Shown: piece after piece, positions 40,601 to 50,384 of the stretch
Layout: each line of letters begins with the position of its first letter
Numbering within the stretch: position 1 is the first letter of the stretch
From: a virus
Lineage: Duplodnaviria > Caudoviricetes
Length of the DNA: 64,000 bases
Direction: 5' to 3' (one strand)
Virus record (IMG/VR): IMGVR_UViG_3300020576_003495
Location: 64,001-128,000 of that record
Program-made: the position numbers and the translations under genes
Notes under the pieces: generated by a model
The model's database searches: none
Seen by the model: only the letters and a program-made list of their open reading frames with translations
Told to the model about the DNA's origin: nothing

Positions 40601-43449
40601 TGTGGGCAGACGCCTACGGAGGTAATCCGCCTAAGCCTGTAGACCAAAAAGCCGAAGATAAAAAGAAGTATATCAATTCCTACATTGCAAACATGGTTCC
40701 AGAACACAAACCTATAGAACAGACTATGAACGCCAAGTATGGCGTGGATACTGTTCAGGGTTGGGTTAAGGATTTTAATGCTGACAAGAAAATGCTACAG
40801 GGGAAAAATCTGGATTATTTAGATAACCCATCCCCCGAAGCTGTAGCTGCCATAAGCAGCACTACAAAAACGATTGATGCGGCCTACGGGGACGGCACGG
40901 CAAAATACATGCTGACGGGGCACAAGCCCGATGTTTTGGGTTCAAAACCAAAGCCTACTCAAGAAGATAAAGATTACCTTCTGGCCGCATCCGACACCCT
41001 CGCTGCCACAGGGGCGAAAGTAGCTGATGCTGTGGATTTTGCAAAAAAAGTTAAGATGTTCAACAGCATTTACGGGGAGGGTGCTGCTTCTGCCTACATC
41101 AAAGAAGCTAAAAACTTAAAAATCCCCAATGACATGGACGTAAGTGGTGTCAACGGAACCACCCCACTAGCATGGAAGGAAATAATTAAGGATAACTACG
41201 ACTCGTCTGTGTCGAGTTTGGTTTTTCATTCTAGCGATGTCGAAGATTACCCACAGCTTTCTAATGTGGATAAGAGCTACGGTACGGGGATGCATCAATA
41301 TTGGCTGACACAGCATATTGAAAGTTTGGATAAAGAAGCTAAAACGACGGCACCTACACCAACTACATCTAGCCCTACCCAAGCTCTGCTTGATGCAGGT
41401 AATAAGCTAGGCGCAAGTGGGGCTAAGATCAGAGATATGATTATTTTTGCCAGTAAGGTTACTGAGTACAATAACCTATATGGTGAAGGGTATGCATCAA
41501 AGCACCTAGCAGACACGGATAGTCTTGTTATTCCGTCAGACGACACAGTTGACCAGAACGGGAAGACTGCTGCGGAGTGCAAAAAGTCTTTGGGTGATTC
41601 TTACGACGCAGCAGTTAAAAATGCATACGCCACAAATCAGGCGATACCTGTGTACGCCAAGACAGCTAATGCTAGTTTTGGTTTAGCCACGTACAACTAC
41701 TGGTTGGCGCAGCATATTGAGCAGTTAGCTCAGGGAAAGAGTTCACCAGCACCAATAACTCCAGTAGACCCCAAAGCCGTAAAAGCAGCAACAGCCAAGA
41801 TGAAGAAGTCGGTACTTGCTGCGGCTAAGGCATTAATTGCAAACCCAACATCCCCACAGCATGCCGCAGCGTTTTCAAGCCTATTGTCCGATGCGGACGC
41901 AAAGTACGGCAGTGGCACGGCATTGAAGTGGATTGGTGCGGCAAACAAAAAAGAAGCCAAGGCTAATACGGGAACGGTTGCTGCATTGGAAATGCCAAAA
42001 GAATTGAACGATGTCATCGCAGTGGGGGATAGCGTTAACACGGCAAGCAAAACACAAGTACCCAAATTGCCTGACGTTCTCCCCACGGACAAGACCGAAG
42101 CCGAAGCCCTTAACGAGAAGTTGGGGTTGGCTTACTATACTATTCGTCATGAGAATGGTGGGGATAAAAATGCCCCTGATGTGCTCGCATCCTACAAAGT
42201 GTGGGATACGCTAAAAGACCACATGAAAGCCAATTTGGGCTATGACAAGAGTTTCTTTAGTAGCTCATCTAGCGACTTGAACAGTAAAGCCCAATCTCTA
42301 TGGGACAACAGTGGACAGGCCGCTGCCGATAAAAAAGCAAAAGCCACATCGGATTACGTGGATTCTGTTGCGGCATGGAGTGCTGAAGCGTCAAAGAAGA
42401 ATATTGACCCCGACAACGAAGACTACCTGAAAGATATGATGGTCACGAACGCCAAGCAAGCGGTTATTGCGGGTGTGCCTTCGAATACTATCGGTACGTT
42501 GTTTGAATCAGGTAAAGCTAATTCTGCGGCTTTCGTTAAAAAACAAAAAGACGATGCCATGAAAGAAATAGCGGCGGCAAGTCACGACTACTTCATGAAG
42601 AGCGGTTTAAAGGGTGAGGACGACCCAGAAACTAAAGCCGCTAACATGAACGCTTTGAACATCATGGCAAAGCATAGCATGCTGCTTTCAGAAGCCGAGA
42701 AGATTGACGCTTTCGGAAGGTCGAAGGGTGCTGCTGAAAAAACAGTGGCTAACATGAAGCTGCTGGGCGACTTGGGTGCCGCTGCACAGAAATATGATTC
42801 CGGTGAAATTAATTGCAAATGGGCACCTAAAGGAAGCGACGAGTTTAACCAAGCAAAAGCGGTTGGGGATGCTTTGTGGAAATCTCTTACACCATCGCAA
42901 CGTTCCGCTTTCACAAGCTATACTGGGTCTGGACACAAAGGCGTTAACAAGAATCTGGCACAAGGAACGACTACTGATCTAGCGGATGTTTTATCCAAAG
43001 CCATGGACGGTCAATCTTTGGGGGTTGATGTTAAGCTTGGGCGGAATATGCCGCAGAAGTGGTTTTGGAAGGCGATGGGGCTTCCTAACGACACCAGAGC
43101 AGAAATGAACAATTTGACAGACGAACAGCTTCAAGCTTGTGTGGGTAAGGTTTATCATGAGCCGGGGATAAGTTCAACGTCGTATGATCAGGACTGCGGC
43201 GTGTCCGTTACTAATACGGGGGACCAGTCAGGCTATCTTAAGCTTCACATCAGAGCCGCCAAGGATATTTCACAGGGGTTGTGGATAGATACTCACTCGA
43301 CTTGTTCCAGTGAGCGTGAGGTTATGCTGAACAAAGGGGCAACGTATTTGATTCGTGGAATACAGCGCAATGATACGTCTAGCTACGGCCCGTACTCATA
43401 CACCATTGACCTTGACTTAATCGGCTACACACAGGAACCAAAGAAATGA
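37687..43449 (+). CDS. 1920-aa protein with a C-terminal ADP-ribosyltransferase (VIP2/Alt-like) domain
   Basis: YTG...N..L, GRN, SSTS, EREV (R-S-ExE class). Confidence 0.8.
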   Translation: MYSSLLGGTAKTMSNKTPKTPFSALLSKEEKHFPAGYTDPEGHKGGQFAPKDTTGEVAQETKEKPFVYSDGQTSLVNSMAVNKPKEPTAPDVSPEDLIAHHKAGLEKSAKLLNQYIKQDGGKPTDTNAKILAGNIANHVDALSDLGGMSKEELAKGLSTQGLSMWLKKKHGLPLTAQEEKNIASTMKSAIALQNKKQAAKKLEDHKKNSALAEEAKVKFGEDSAQYKKLKNKAEKDLNKAMSYGVLPADAVKEKEVVKENHDAEKVAQLKAIHDAAEELAHQEHMGTQNTAYYNAVSDAVAAAKYADENETNKAIEAGKATNAAKIANGKTLLSISVIAHAQVQHQQHEAKDSDAYKEYKDAANAYKYYYNTGAIYNGLNKDDLKQAVKTGKLAFSSMKANKNMEKVAPPDVPGFEKLAPAPKPAVEVKPESPKTFSDISSEAKAKDGLQQLVDLTTSYNAHMTMPNNQTYYSDFLEAKKNFDTTMGVGYSDKALAAYYALKNNLVDSQAKDKEAEKEAQKKDFFGGLDYLKAYPNDKEASAKLADNHKEINDTYGAGTTLAWLKEYNAKNKQVEPKTFSDFVNDAKGKGNTGKLAYMTNAYSDHKAAPTPDTQAMLNGAKASLDASMGAGYSDKAIAAYDTATTAKPLATSPDGMMLAKDKSDYFKAIDSTPDSPKGEADPKLMQMKLDIDKKYGDGTANSWIAEKIKGMHADAAVKENVKASYLSILNYANPDASQQSAIAEMKKNIDAKYGDGTATTWMTENIKAVGQAATAKSYDYGKQEYNLTDTKADALAALRIPHTLDDKSDLIQNIIDKAKADIDLASGVKDAGLKYLNGKYTDHSNDNPNPEFSNFAKEVATKMLVDAQAKVDSLVDPILELSKKDAVKALTGLKQDVDKYLGQGASADLLDSYDEAKADHKKQFFAKMDAVQGGKANADNALALGMHINKVDELFGKGTSSLWADEFNSKKLWADAYGGNPPKPVDQKAEDKKKYINSYIANMVPEHKPIEQTMNAKYGVDTVQGWVKDFNADKKMLQGKNLDYLDNPSPEAVAAISSTTKTIDAAYGDGTAKYMLTGHKPDVLGSKPKPTQEDKDYLLAASDTLAATGAKVADAVDFAKKVKMFNSIYGEGAASAYIKEAKNLKIPNDMDVSGVNGTTPLAWKEIIKDNYDSSVSSLVFHSSDVEDYPQLSNVDKSYGTGMHQYWLTQHIESLDKEAKTTAPTPTTSSPTQALLDAGNKLGASGAKIRDMIIFASKVTEYNNLYGEGYASKHLADTDSLVIPSDDTVDQNGKTAAECKKSLGDSYDAAVKNAYATNQAIPVYAKTANASFGLATYNYWLAQHIEQLAQGKSSPAPITPVDPKAVKAATAKMKKSVLAAAKALIANPTSPQHAAAFSSLLSDADAKYGSGTALKWIGAANKKEAKANTGTVAALEMPKELNDVIAVGDSVNTASKTQVPKLPDVLPTDKTEAEALNEKLGLAYYTIRHENGGDKNAPDVLASYKVWDTLKDHMKANLGYDKSFFSSSSSDLNSKAQSLWDNSGQAAADKKAKATSDYVDSVAAWSAEASKKNIDPDNEDYLKDMMVTNAKQAVIAGVPSNTIGTLFESGKANSAAFVKKQKDDAMKEIAAASHDYFMKSGLKGEDDPETKAANMNALNIMAKHSMLLSEAEKIDAFGRSKGAAEKTVANMKLLGDLGAAAQKYDSGEINCKWAPKGSDEFNQAKAVGDALWKSLTPSQRSAFTSYTGSGHKGVNKNLAQGTTTDLADVLSKAMDGQSLGVDVKLGRNMPQKWFWKAMGLPNDTRAEMNNLTDEQLQACVGKVYHEPGISSTSYDQDCGVSVTNTGDQSGYLKLHIRAAKDISQGLWIDTHSTCSSEREVMLNKGATYLIRGIQRNDTSSYGPYSYTIDLDLIGYTQEPKK

Positions 43450-44699
43450 TTTTCTCTAAACTTTTCAAAAAAGAACCGATAAGTGAAAAGCAGCGTGTCA
43501 TGGGGCGTGTGGATGATGAGAGTTCATACGGGGAGTCCCTAGACAGCCAGTGCCAAACCTGCCGTTGGTATCATCCCGCACAGGCGACATGCGAAGCCTT
43601 TCCAGAGGGTGTCCCCACACTAATTTTGATGGGGGCTTACGACCACACCTACCCCTATGCCGATGAAGATTTAACGTATGAACCCAACCTTGCTACACGC
43701 ATAAACTCTGTAGTGAAGGGAAGCAAAGATCAACCTCGTATTCCTAAAGGAAACCCCGGTGGTGGGGAGTTTGCTTCCGAAGGATTTTCAGCGGCATCGT
43801 TTGCTAAAAAGAAGATTGATCCTTACGCCAAGATGTCTTCTATGGACAGGATGAAACGGGGCTATGCGTTAGCCAGTAAAATTCTTTCCAAGGAAGATTA
43901 CAACGATTTTGTAGCCAAGCAAAATGAGTTGCAGGACGATATTGCCAATGGAAAAATAACAGCCAAGTTTTACACCAAGGATGGTGATGAAAAAACCTAC
44001 ACATCCGAGCGGACTCAGGTTCATAACGATCTAATAAAAGAATACATGGGGGATATTTCCCGATTTTTACCCGAAAAAGGGAAAGAGCCTACCTTTACCA
44101 TCATCGGGGGTAGAGCAGGGTCAGGTAAGGGCGGGTTAGACGAGAAGGGTCTTAAAGAGTACGACAGGAACAAACAACTGGTGATTGACAGCGACATAGT
44201 GAAAAGTATGCTCCCTGATTACGATCCAGAAAAAGCCCACCTTTTTCACAAGGAAGCGCACTATCTTGTGACCCGTCTGTTACGGCAAGCCAGAAAACTG
44301 CATATCAATACGGTATATGACTCTACGATGAGCCAAGATGATTCCAGAGTTGTACAGACCTTCCATCGTCACCAATTTTCTACACGGGCTGTCTTTATGC
44401 ATGTGCCCCCATATGAATCTGCGGGACGCTCTTTGCTACGGTGGGCTAACGTAGGAAAAAAGAAGAAAGATGGCACACCAGACAGGGGGCGGCTGGTTAA
44501 TCCTCAGATTTGTTTGGGGATGACTAATAACGAGAGTAACTTTGACAAGACAAAAAAGCACGCAGACAGTTGGGCGTTCTACCGCAACGACGCCCCATCA
44601 AAGCTGGTTCCTGCCAGTCTGTACGCAACTGAAAAGGGTGTGGTGTCGGACGATCCCAAGGTGAAGAAGTATTCAAAACTATTGACAAACTATACCTAA
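43446..44699 (+). CDS. zeta-toxin-like P-loop kinase with an N-terminal Cys domain
   Basis: GGRAGSGKG, IDSD.VK, N.VYDST; N-terminal CQTC...CEAFP.G.P. Confidence 0.7.
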   Translation: MIFSKLFKKEPISEKQRVMGRVDDESSYGESLDSQCQTCRWYHPAQATCEAFPEGVPTLILMGAYDHTYPYADEDLTYEPNLATRINSVVKGSKDQPRIPKGNPGGGEFASEGFSAASFAKKKIDPYAKMSSMDRMKRGYALASKILSKEDYNDFVAKQNELQDDIANGKITAKFYTKDGDEKTYTSERTQVHNDLIKEYMGDISRFLPEKGKEPTFTIIGGRAGSGKGGLDEKGLKEYDRNKQLVIDSDIVKSMLPDYDPEKAHLFHKEAHYLVTRLLRQARKLHINTVYDSTMSQDDSRVVQTFHRHQFSTRAVFMHVPPYESAGRSLLRWANVGKKKKDGTPDRGRLVNPQICLGMTNNESNFDKTKKHADSWAFYRNDAPSKLVPASLYATEKGVVSDDPKVKKYSKLLTNYT

Positions 44700-44732
44700 A
44701 GTGCTACACTTTAATAAAGAGAGGACTATTAA

Positions 44733-44945
44733 ATGAAATATGTTGATACATGCACACCCGAAGAAAGAGAACATCGTGCGCTCGCGGCAATGAAAGAGAT
44801 GGACGAAGCGTATAGCCTTGTCACTGACATGACTGACGACGATGGGGATTACGCCCTGATGAAGTTCTTAGGCACTAAGATTGAAGACCTTCCAGAAGAA
44901 GAAGATCGTAAGAATTACTCTGCCTATCTTAAGGCTAATCCTTGA
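44733..44945 (+). CDS. small acidic protein (candidate immunity protein)
   Basis: Own TTGACA promoter; GAGGA RBS. Confidence 0.55.
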   Translation: MKYVDTCTPEEREHRALAAMKEMDEAYSLVTDMTDDDGDYALMKFLGTKIEDLPEEEDRKNYSAYLKANP

Positions 44946-45003
44946 CAAATTAACTAAGCTGTAGTAAATTGGCTACATCGAACAACTTCCCACGGAGGGG
45001 AAA

Positions 45004-45327
45004 ATGCAAAAAGTAAGTAAAAAGGTAAGACCCTGCTCAAAAGCGCACCAACGCTATTTGGACTTGGTGACGGGCTATGGCATGTCGACGGAAGTTCGTA
45101 CCAAGACGGGGTTTCCAGTACGGGTGTGGATGAATGTTCAACCTGCTGATTTTGAAGTGGGGATCAATCGTTCCTACGTTGATGAGTTTGTTATCACCAC
45201 GAGAAACGGCTTTGAAGTGCCTTGGCTCAAGTTATCTGAGGATGAACAGGAAGATTTAGTCATCAAGGCGCGTGAGCAACTGGACGTTGACGAAGACTTC
45301 TGCGAGCCAGATAGCTACTACGACTAG
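45004..45327 (+). CDS. hypothetical protein
   Basis: Promoter and RBS. Confidence 0.55.
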   Translation: MQKVSKKVRPCSKAHQRYLDLVTGYGMSTEVRTKTGFPVRVWMNVQPADFEVGINRSYVDEFVITTRNGFEVPWLKLSEDEQEDLVIKAREQLDVDEDFCEPDSYYD

Positions 45328-45389
45328 GAGCTATGCTTAGCCGTTAGGAAGTTGTATCATGGGGGTAGTTACTCTAAAAGGCATCCCCC

Positions 45390-45461
45390 ATGTACGCACG
45401 CATATTGAAGCGCGAACTGAAGCTAGCCTTCAACCCATATCACGACGACCGACCATGCTAG
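45390..45461 (+). pseudogene. stranded original N-terminus of gene 46098..46946
   Basis: MYARILKRELKLAFNPYHDD vs MPLYSRILKRDLKLAFNVYHGDD. Confidence 0.8.
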
Positions 45462-46111
45462 TTTACCTCATTACTAGCAAAGATACGGGTAGGGTTTATG
45501 TCGGTCAAACAGTACGCCCTTTACACAAAAGAATGTATCGGCATTGGGAGCATGCTAGGCGTGGGCGTATGCACCCTTTATACGCAGCTATTAGAAAGTA
45601 TGGGGAGTCATCTTTTAGCGTGCGTGTTCTGGAAGTTGTTACAACACAGGAAGAGCTAGATTCAGCAGAACGTAAATGGGTGTTGTACTTTAATAGCGTA
45701 CACCCAGAGGGATACAACTTACGTGGTGGGGGAAGAGGGCGTGGAGAAATTAGTAAAGACACGCTACAACGCATGTCCGAATCGCATAAAGGTTTTGTCG
45801 TAAAAGAGGACACAAAAGAAAAAATACGTGCAGCCATGAAAGTCCGTTTCTTTTCTCCTGAGCATAGGGCGAGAATAAGTGCAGCTAAAAAAGGAAAAAA
45901 GGTGCCCTCGATGTTAGGTAAACTAAGCGGAGAAGCCAGTCACTTTTCTAAACATTCTTGGGAAGTCGTTAACGCTGTTAGGCTTGATTATGCTTCGGGC
46001 GGCTATCGCCAATTTGAGTTGTCTAAGAAGTACGGAATTAAAGCGGCAAGTCTATGCATGATTCTCAGTGGTAAGACTTGGAAAACGGAGAACTATCATG
46101 CCCCTATATAG
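45455..46111 (+). CDS. GIY-YIG homing endonuclease with NUMOD3-like repeats
   Basis: LVYLIT...VYVGQT, R...H, E, GYN; MSESHKG / ISAAKKG. Confidence 0.88.
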   Translation: MLVYLITSKDTGRVYVGQTVRPLHKRMYRHWEHARRGRMHPLYAAIRKYGESSFSVRVLEVVTTQEELDSAERKWVLYFNSVHPEGYNLRGGGRGRGEISKDTLQRMSESHKGFVVKEDTKEKIRAAMKVRFFSPEHRARISAAKKGKKVPSMLGKLSGEASHFSKHSWEVVNAVRLDYASGGYRQFELSKKYGIKAASLCMILSGKTWKTENYHAPI

Positions 46112-46946
46112 TAGGATATTAAAACGTGACCTTAAATTAGCATTCAACGTGTACCACGGGGATGATGGTAAATTTACGGACGCCGAGCATTCCGTTATTG
46201 AATCGGGGCATGCGGGGATCACTCAAGCCCGAAGCTACGGCAAAGACCATGATCAAGCTAAAGGCGCTATCGCTGAATCCACCAACCGTGGGAGAAGCAG
46301 GGCTAGCAAAGGTATCCGCGCCGATGTCGATTCCTTTTTCAAACTAAACGAAAATCAAAAAATACGTCGTAGCGCTGTCTCTGGCGTCTACCCTCACGCC
46401 GATGACGACGGTGTTAAGCACGTGCAAGCGGTTCAATCTGACATGGTTTATACTGATCGTCAGAAGTCGGGGATCATTCAGTCGCAAATAAACAATACGC
46501 TGATGGACGCATCAATGATGAAGGCAGGGCTGTACGGAAAGAACGCTGTTATCTTCCAATCTGACCCGCACCTGAAAGCCAAAGAACAAGTATCCAAGAA
46601 GATTCTCATGCACGCGGGGACAAAGGCATTCCACAGTCTCAATGGTGCAACCAAAGCATTGGAAGAATCCGGCCTACACGGCTATGCAATCGTTCAGAAA
46701 GAGTCCAACGGCTTCAATGTGAGCATTGACATACCCAAGCAGAACAGTGCCCACGGGAAGGGATTACGCGCCCTTGCAGTGATGTTCCGAAGGAAGTACG
46801 GCTTGACAGGGGAACACTTCAACGGTCAGTGCACGTTGTTGAGAGCGAACAACGTTGACACCAAGGTAAGTCAGCGGTTAGCCTCAGATGCTACTGCAAC
46901 AGCAAAATACGCCGAGTTGAAAACCAAATACGTACAAGGTAAATAA
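46098..46946 (+). CDS. hypothetical effector-like protein with N-terminal targeting-like motif
   Basis: YSRILK...FNVYHGDDGKF; RBS inside the GIY-YIG 3' end. Confidence 0.6.
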   Translation: MPLYSRILKRDLKLAFNVYHGDDGKFTDAEHSVIESGHAGITQARSYGKDHDQAKGAIAESTNRGRSRASKGIRADVDSFFKLNENQKIRRSAVSGVYPHADDDGVKHVQAVQSDMVYTDRQKSGIIQSQINNTLMDASMMKAGLYGKNAVIFQSDPHLKAKEQVSKKILMHAGTKAFHSLNGATKALEESGLHGYAIVQKESNGFNVSIDIPKQNSAHGKGLRALAVMFRRKYGLTGEHFNGQCTLLRANNVDTKVSQRLASDATATAKYAELKTKYVQGK

Positions 46947-46948
46947 CC

Positions 46949-47131
46949 ATGAAGAAGCTGCCTGAGTATATCGCTGGACAATCCCCTACGGATTATTACG
47001 AATCTTGTTTAGCCGCAGGGTGGACAGAGGATGAGTTGGATGCTGCGTTTGAAAACGACTTCCCAGAAGGCGACGATGCCTATACAGAGTTGGATGTGTA
47101 CGATGGTGAAGGTGTGCCTGACGATGCCTGA
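46949..47131 (+). CDS. small acidic protein (candidate immunity protein)
   Basis: Very D/E-rich, coupled to the upstream gene, followed by a terminator. Confidence 0.55.
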   Translation: MKKLPEYIAGQSPTDYYESCLAAGWTEDELDAAFENDFPEGDDAYTELDVYDGEGVPDDA

Positions 47132-47378
47132 TGCACTACCAAGCCCCCACGAGGGGCTTTTTTAATGGTAGTTCGGCACAGCATGACTTATTCTGTTCCG
47201 TCCGGTGAACGTCGGTGTGAGCGGTGTCAGCAGTATCGACTGAGTTCAAAGGGTAAGTACGTCAATAAGACTTTGTTGAGGCGGCAGTGGCTCTGTGAGT
47301 TTTGTTTGGCGGCGGTTGACAAGCCTGTTCCTGCCCTATAAACTCAGCGGCATACTAAACCATAGTTTTGGGAACATC

Positions 47379-48179
47379 ATGCTTAAGGTACTTGAGTACA
47401 CCGACAAAAGTTACACGCCCTTTTCATTGTGTTTGAGCACACCCCACGAAGAACCTGACGATGCCTATAACATCTTGTCATTTGCATTTATCAAATGGGC
47501 GTGGTACATCAAAGTCCCGCAGTTCATCAAGCCCGTAGGTAAGAAGGTTAAAGTGACCACATGGGACGCGGCGACAATCGCTCGATTAGGGCGGGACTGG
47601 TACATGGACTACACACCAAAGAACTACGGTTTTACCTTCTTGGAAGACTCCATTCACATAGCCCACGGTATTCAACCGGGGTGCTTCATTTCCAACGACA
47701 AGAAAAACTCTGACCACGTAAAGATATGGGATTACCCGTGGAACTACACGCATGTCAGGAACACGATTTATACTCGAAACGGCGGTGAGTATAGTTATGG
47801 TGATTGGCACAAGCATGACAGGGTAAAGTACGATATTAAAGATCGTGACCTTGCTTGGCTTAGTGATCCCACAGGAGCGTATTACTATTTCATATATCGT
47901 GACACGTTTGATGGGATGGACATACCCACTAAAGCGCATGTTTCTGAGCGTGAGTGGCGCAGAGGAAAAAGTAAGTTTTGGCGTGTACTTCTTAGTATTT
48001 TTCCCAGCAGCAAAAAAGTTGTTTGTAGCCTAGAAATAGAATTCAAACATGAGGTTGGTGCACGAAAAGGATCATGGAAAGGCGGCACCATGGCTATGAA
48101 TATGGCGATGCTTGACGGTGAATCCGTGAATGATGCTATTTCTCGATTCAATACTACTTCCGCAGGGAATAAACGATAA
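47379..48179 (+). CDS. hypothetical protein
   Basis: EVG.RKGSWKGG motif. Confidence 0.6.
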   Translation: MLKVLEYTDKSYTPFSLCLSTPHEEPDDAYNILSFAFIKWAWYIKVPQFIKPVGKKVKVTTWDAATIARLGRDWYMDYTPKNYGFTFLEDSIHIAHGIQPGCFISNDKKNSDHVKIWDYPWNYTHVRNTIYTRNGGEYSYGDWHKHDRVKYDIKDRDLAWLSDPTGAYYYFIYRDTFDGMDIPTKAHVSEREWRRGKSKFWRVLLSIFPSSKKVVCSLEIEFKHEVGARKGSWKGGTMAMNMAMLDGESVNDAISRFNTTSAGNKR

Positions 48180-48366
48180 TGGAAACTCAAGGAACAACGC
48201 TTTTGATTGAGAGTGAGAAGCGTGTGGGTGCAGTGTCTTTTTGTGAGTTCATGGCGCGTCGTTTGATGGAGTGTATTGAAGAATCCGGTGGGGACTTTAC
48301 CCGATTGGATAACTCAGGTGCCGAGTGGGTTCTGATGGTCGTAAACGAATACGAGAGTGGTGCACG

Positions 48367-48888
48367 TTGATTTCTGTTGGCCTTGATCTTTCTACCCGCA
48401 CAGGTTTTGTGGCGCTTTCAGATGATCCACCGAAGCAGTTTTCTGATGAGCTATCCACACCAAAGAAGGGTTTTGCACGCCTAGCGTGGTTTCGAGAGCG
48501 CGTGTTGAAATTACTTGCAACGTACCCACCCGATTTGGTGGTGATTGAGGGCTATGCTTTTTCAGGAAAGTTCACCAACTCGTTTCAGTACGAGATTGGT
48601 TCGGTGGTTCGCATGGCACTCTATGATGCGGGGATCGTGTGGGTTGATATACCCCCAACCACGTTGAAGGCGTCTATGGGGTCTGGTGCCAGCAAGAAGG
48701 AAAAGATTTTATTAGAAGTATTCAAGCGGTGGGGGTTTGATGCTACCACTAACAACATTGCTGATGCTTTCGTGCTGGCTAAAATTGGTCAGGCTATATT
48801 GGGTGTTGATGTGGGGTTCACCAAAGCAGGATTAGCATCCATTTTTAAAGTTGAATCGGTGAAGGGTTATGTCGCAAGTAAAGCCTAG
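48367..48888 (+). CDS. RuvC-like Holliday junction resolvase
   Basis: GLDLSTRTG, VVIEG, P...K, ADA. Confidence 0.8.
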   Translation: MISVGLDLSTRTGFVALSDDPPKQFSDELSTPKKGFARLAWFRERVLKLLATYPPDLVVIEGYAFSGKFTNSFQYEIGSVVRMALYDAGIVWVDIPPTTLKASMGSGASKKEKILLEVFKRWGFDATTNNIADAFVLAKIGQAILGVDVGFTKAGLASIFKVESVKGYVASKA

Positions 48889-49261
48889 AATTTTTGCGAT
48901 TAATGAGTTTGAGGTCTGGTCTGCTTTTACACAGAAGGATGCTGTAGCTGCATCCATGCTGTTATCCGGTCTTTCTGAGGATTACACGCTAGACCCTTAT
49001 CATGCTAAAGAGATTTCGATCAAAGAAGCAACCAAACGGCGTGTGACTTCCCCCTCGGGAGAGGAAACAACGCTCTACGCTCTGTACGTTGCCGCACAGA
49101 CGGTGCCGTGTTTGCTGCATACCCTAGAAACTACAGAAGGCGACCGTTAACTTATTTGGTTGACTTTTGTTTTGTCAAGTGGTACAGTAGCGGCATAAGT
49201 ACAGAGTTACTTTCTCAGGGGCACTGCCCCGTTATGTTATTCCATTTTTTAGGAGCATACT

Positions 49262-50029
49262 ATGTCTACCCTTGAATTGCTTAAAAAGTCAGCAAAGAAG
49301 TCTGAGTCGTCCGAAGATCAGATTCTTGACGTAGCGCACGAGATTGAAAATCTCACACAGGACAAGGCGGAAGCACTGGTCTTTGAACTGCTGGATCAAG
49401 ACAACTCAAATGCCTTCAAGCTGGGCGGCGTTCTATCAGTCATCAAGTCGAACGGCTGGTTCGATGGTTTCAAGGACTACAAGGATTACGTGTCCAAGAC
49501 CTTCGGCCTTGAATACCGCAAGGCGCAGTATTGGATCGGTATCTATGACAAGCTGGTTGGCGAGTCGATTTCGTGGTCTAAGGTGTCGTCCTTGGGCTGG
49601 ACTAAAGTTTCCATTCTTTGCCCGGTGCTGACCGAAGCTAACGTTGACGAGTGGGTTGAAAAAGCCAGCAAGGTTAATTGCGACACGCTTAAGGCGATGG
49701 TCAAGGCGGCTTTGGGTGGCGATGCCGACGAAGGCGTACCCGAGAAGGTGACCACGGATGTATCCAAGCTGGCGTTCACGGTGCATGCCGACCAGAAGGA
49801 AACCATCAAGTCGGCGCTTGAAAAGGCGAAGGAAGAAACGGCTACGGAGTTTGACACCGTGGCGCTTGAAAACATCTGTATCGGTTACCTTGGTGGTTCG
49901 GTCAGTGTTGAAAAGAGCCTGAAGCAGATTCTGTCTGAAGCGGGGTACAAAGCGGTGCTTGATACGTTCGGTGAAATCTGGCCTGACATCGGCATCGTCA
50001 TTGACGAAAAAACTTTGCCGCAAGCGTAA
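49262..50029 (+). CDS. hypothetical protein, paralogue family member 1
   Basis: RKAQYWIGIYDKL...LGWTK. Confidence 0.65.
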   Translation: MSTLELLKKSAKKSESSEDQILDVAHEIENLTQDKAEALVFELLDQDNSNAFKLGGVLSVIKSNGWFDGFKDYKDYVSKTFGLEYRKAQYWIGIYDKLVGESISWSKVSSLGWTKVSILCPVLTEANVDEWVEKASKVNCDTLKAMVKAALGGDADEGVPEKVTTDVSKLAFTVHADQKETIKSALEKAKEETATEFDTVALENICIGYLGGSVSVEKSLKQILSEAGYKAVLDTFGEIWPDIGIVIDEKTLPQA

Positions 50030-50384
50030 GTCTGGTTTTTAGCGTCGGTGCATGGCTAGTTGAGTCCCCGCTTCGGCGGGGATTTTCTTTGTGAGGATTA
50101 CAATGATCGTCCTTAAGAGTAAAGGCAAGCTAGTTCCCTTGAAACCCTTTGACCCATCGCTGAAGAAGGGGATGGATACCTACATTGTTAACAGGAAAAC
50201 AGGAAGGCGGTTCAAGGTAAAAAAGTACTACCCGCTAACGGGTGAATTGCATTTGATTGACCTCAGCGGCGGCAGGATAAAATCCATGCTCAGACCCCAT
50301 TTAGGGTTGAACTACGACGTGGTGCGAGAGAAGAAGTCTTGACAAATTATACGCTGTGTGTAATACTATAGTTTTATTTAGGGG

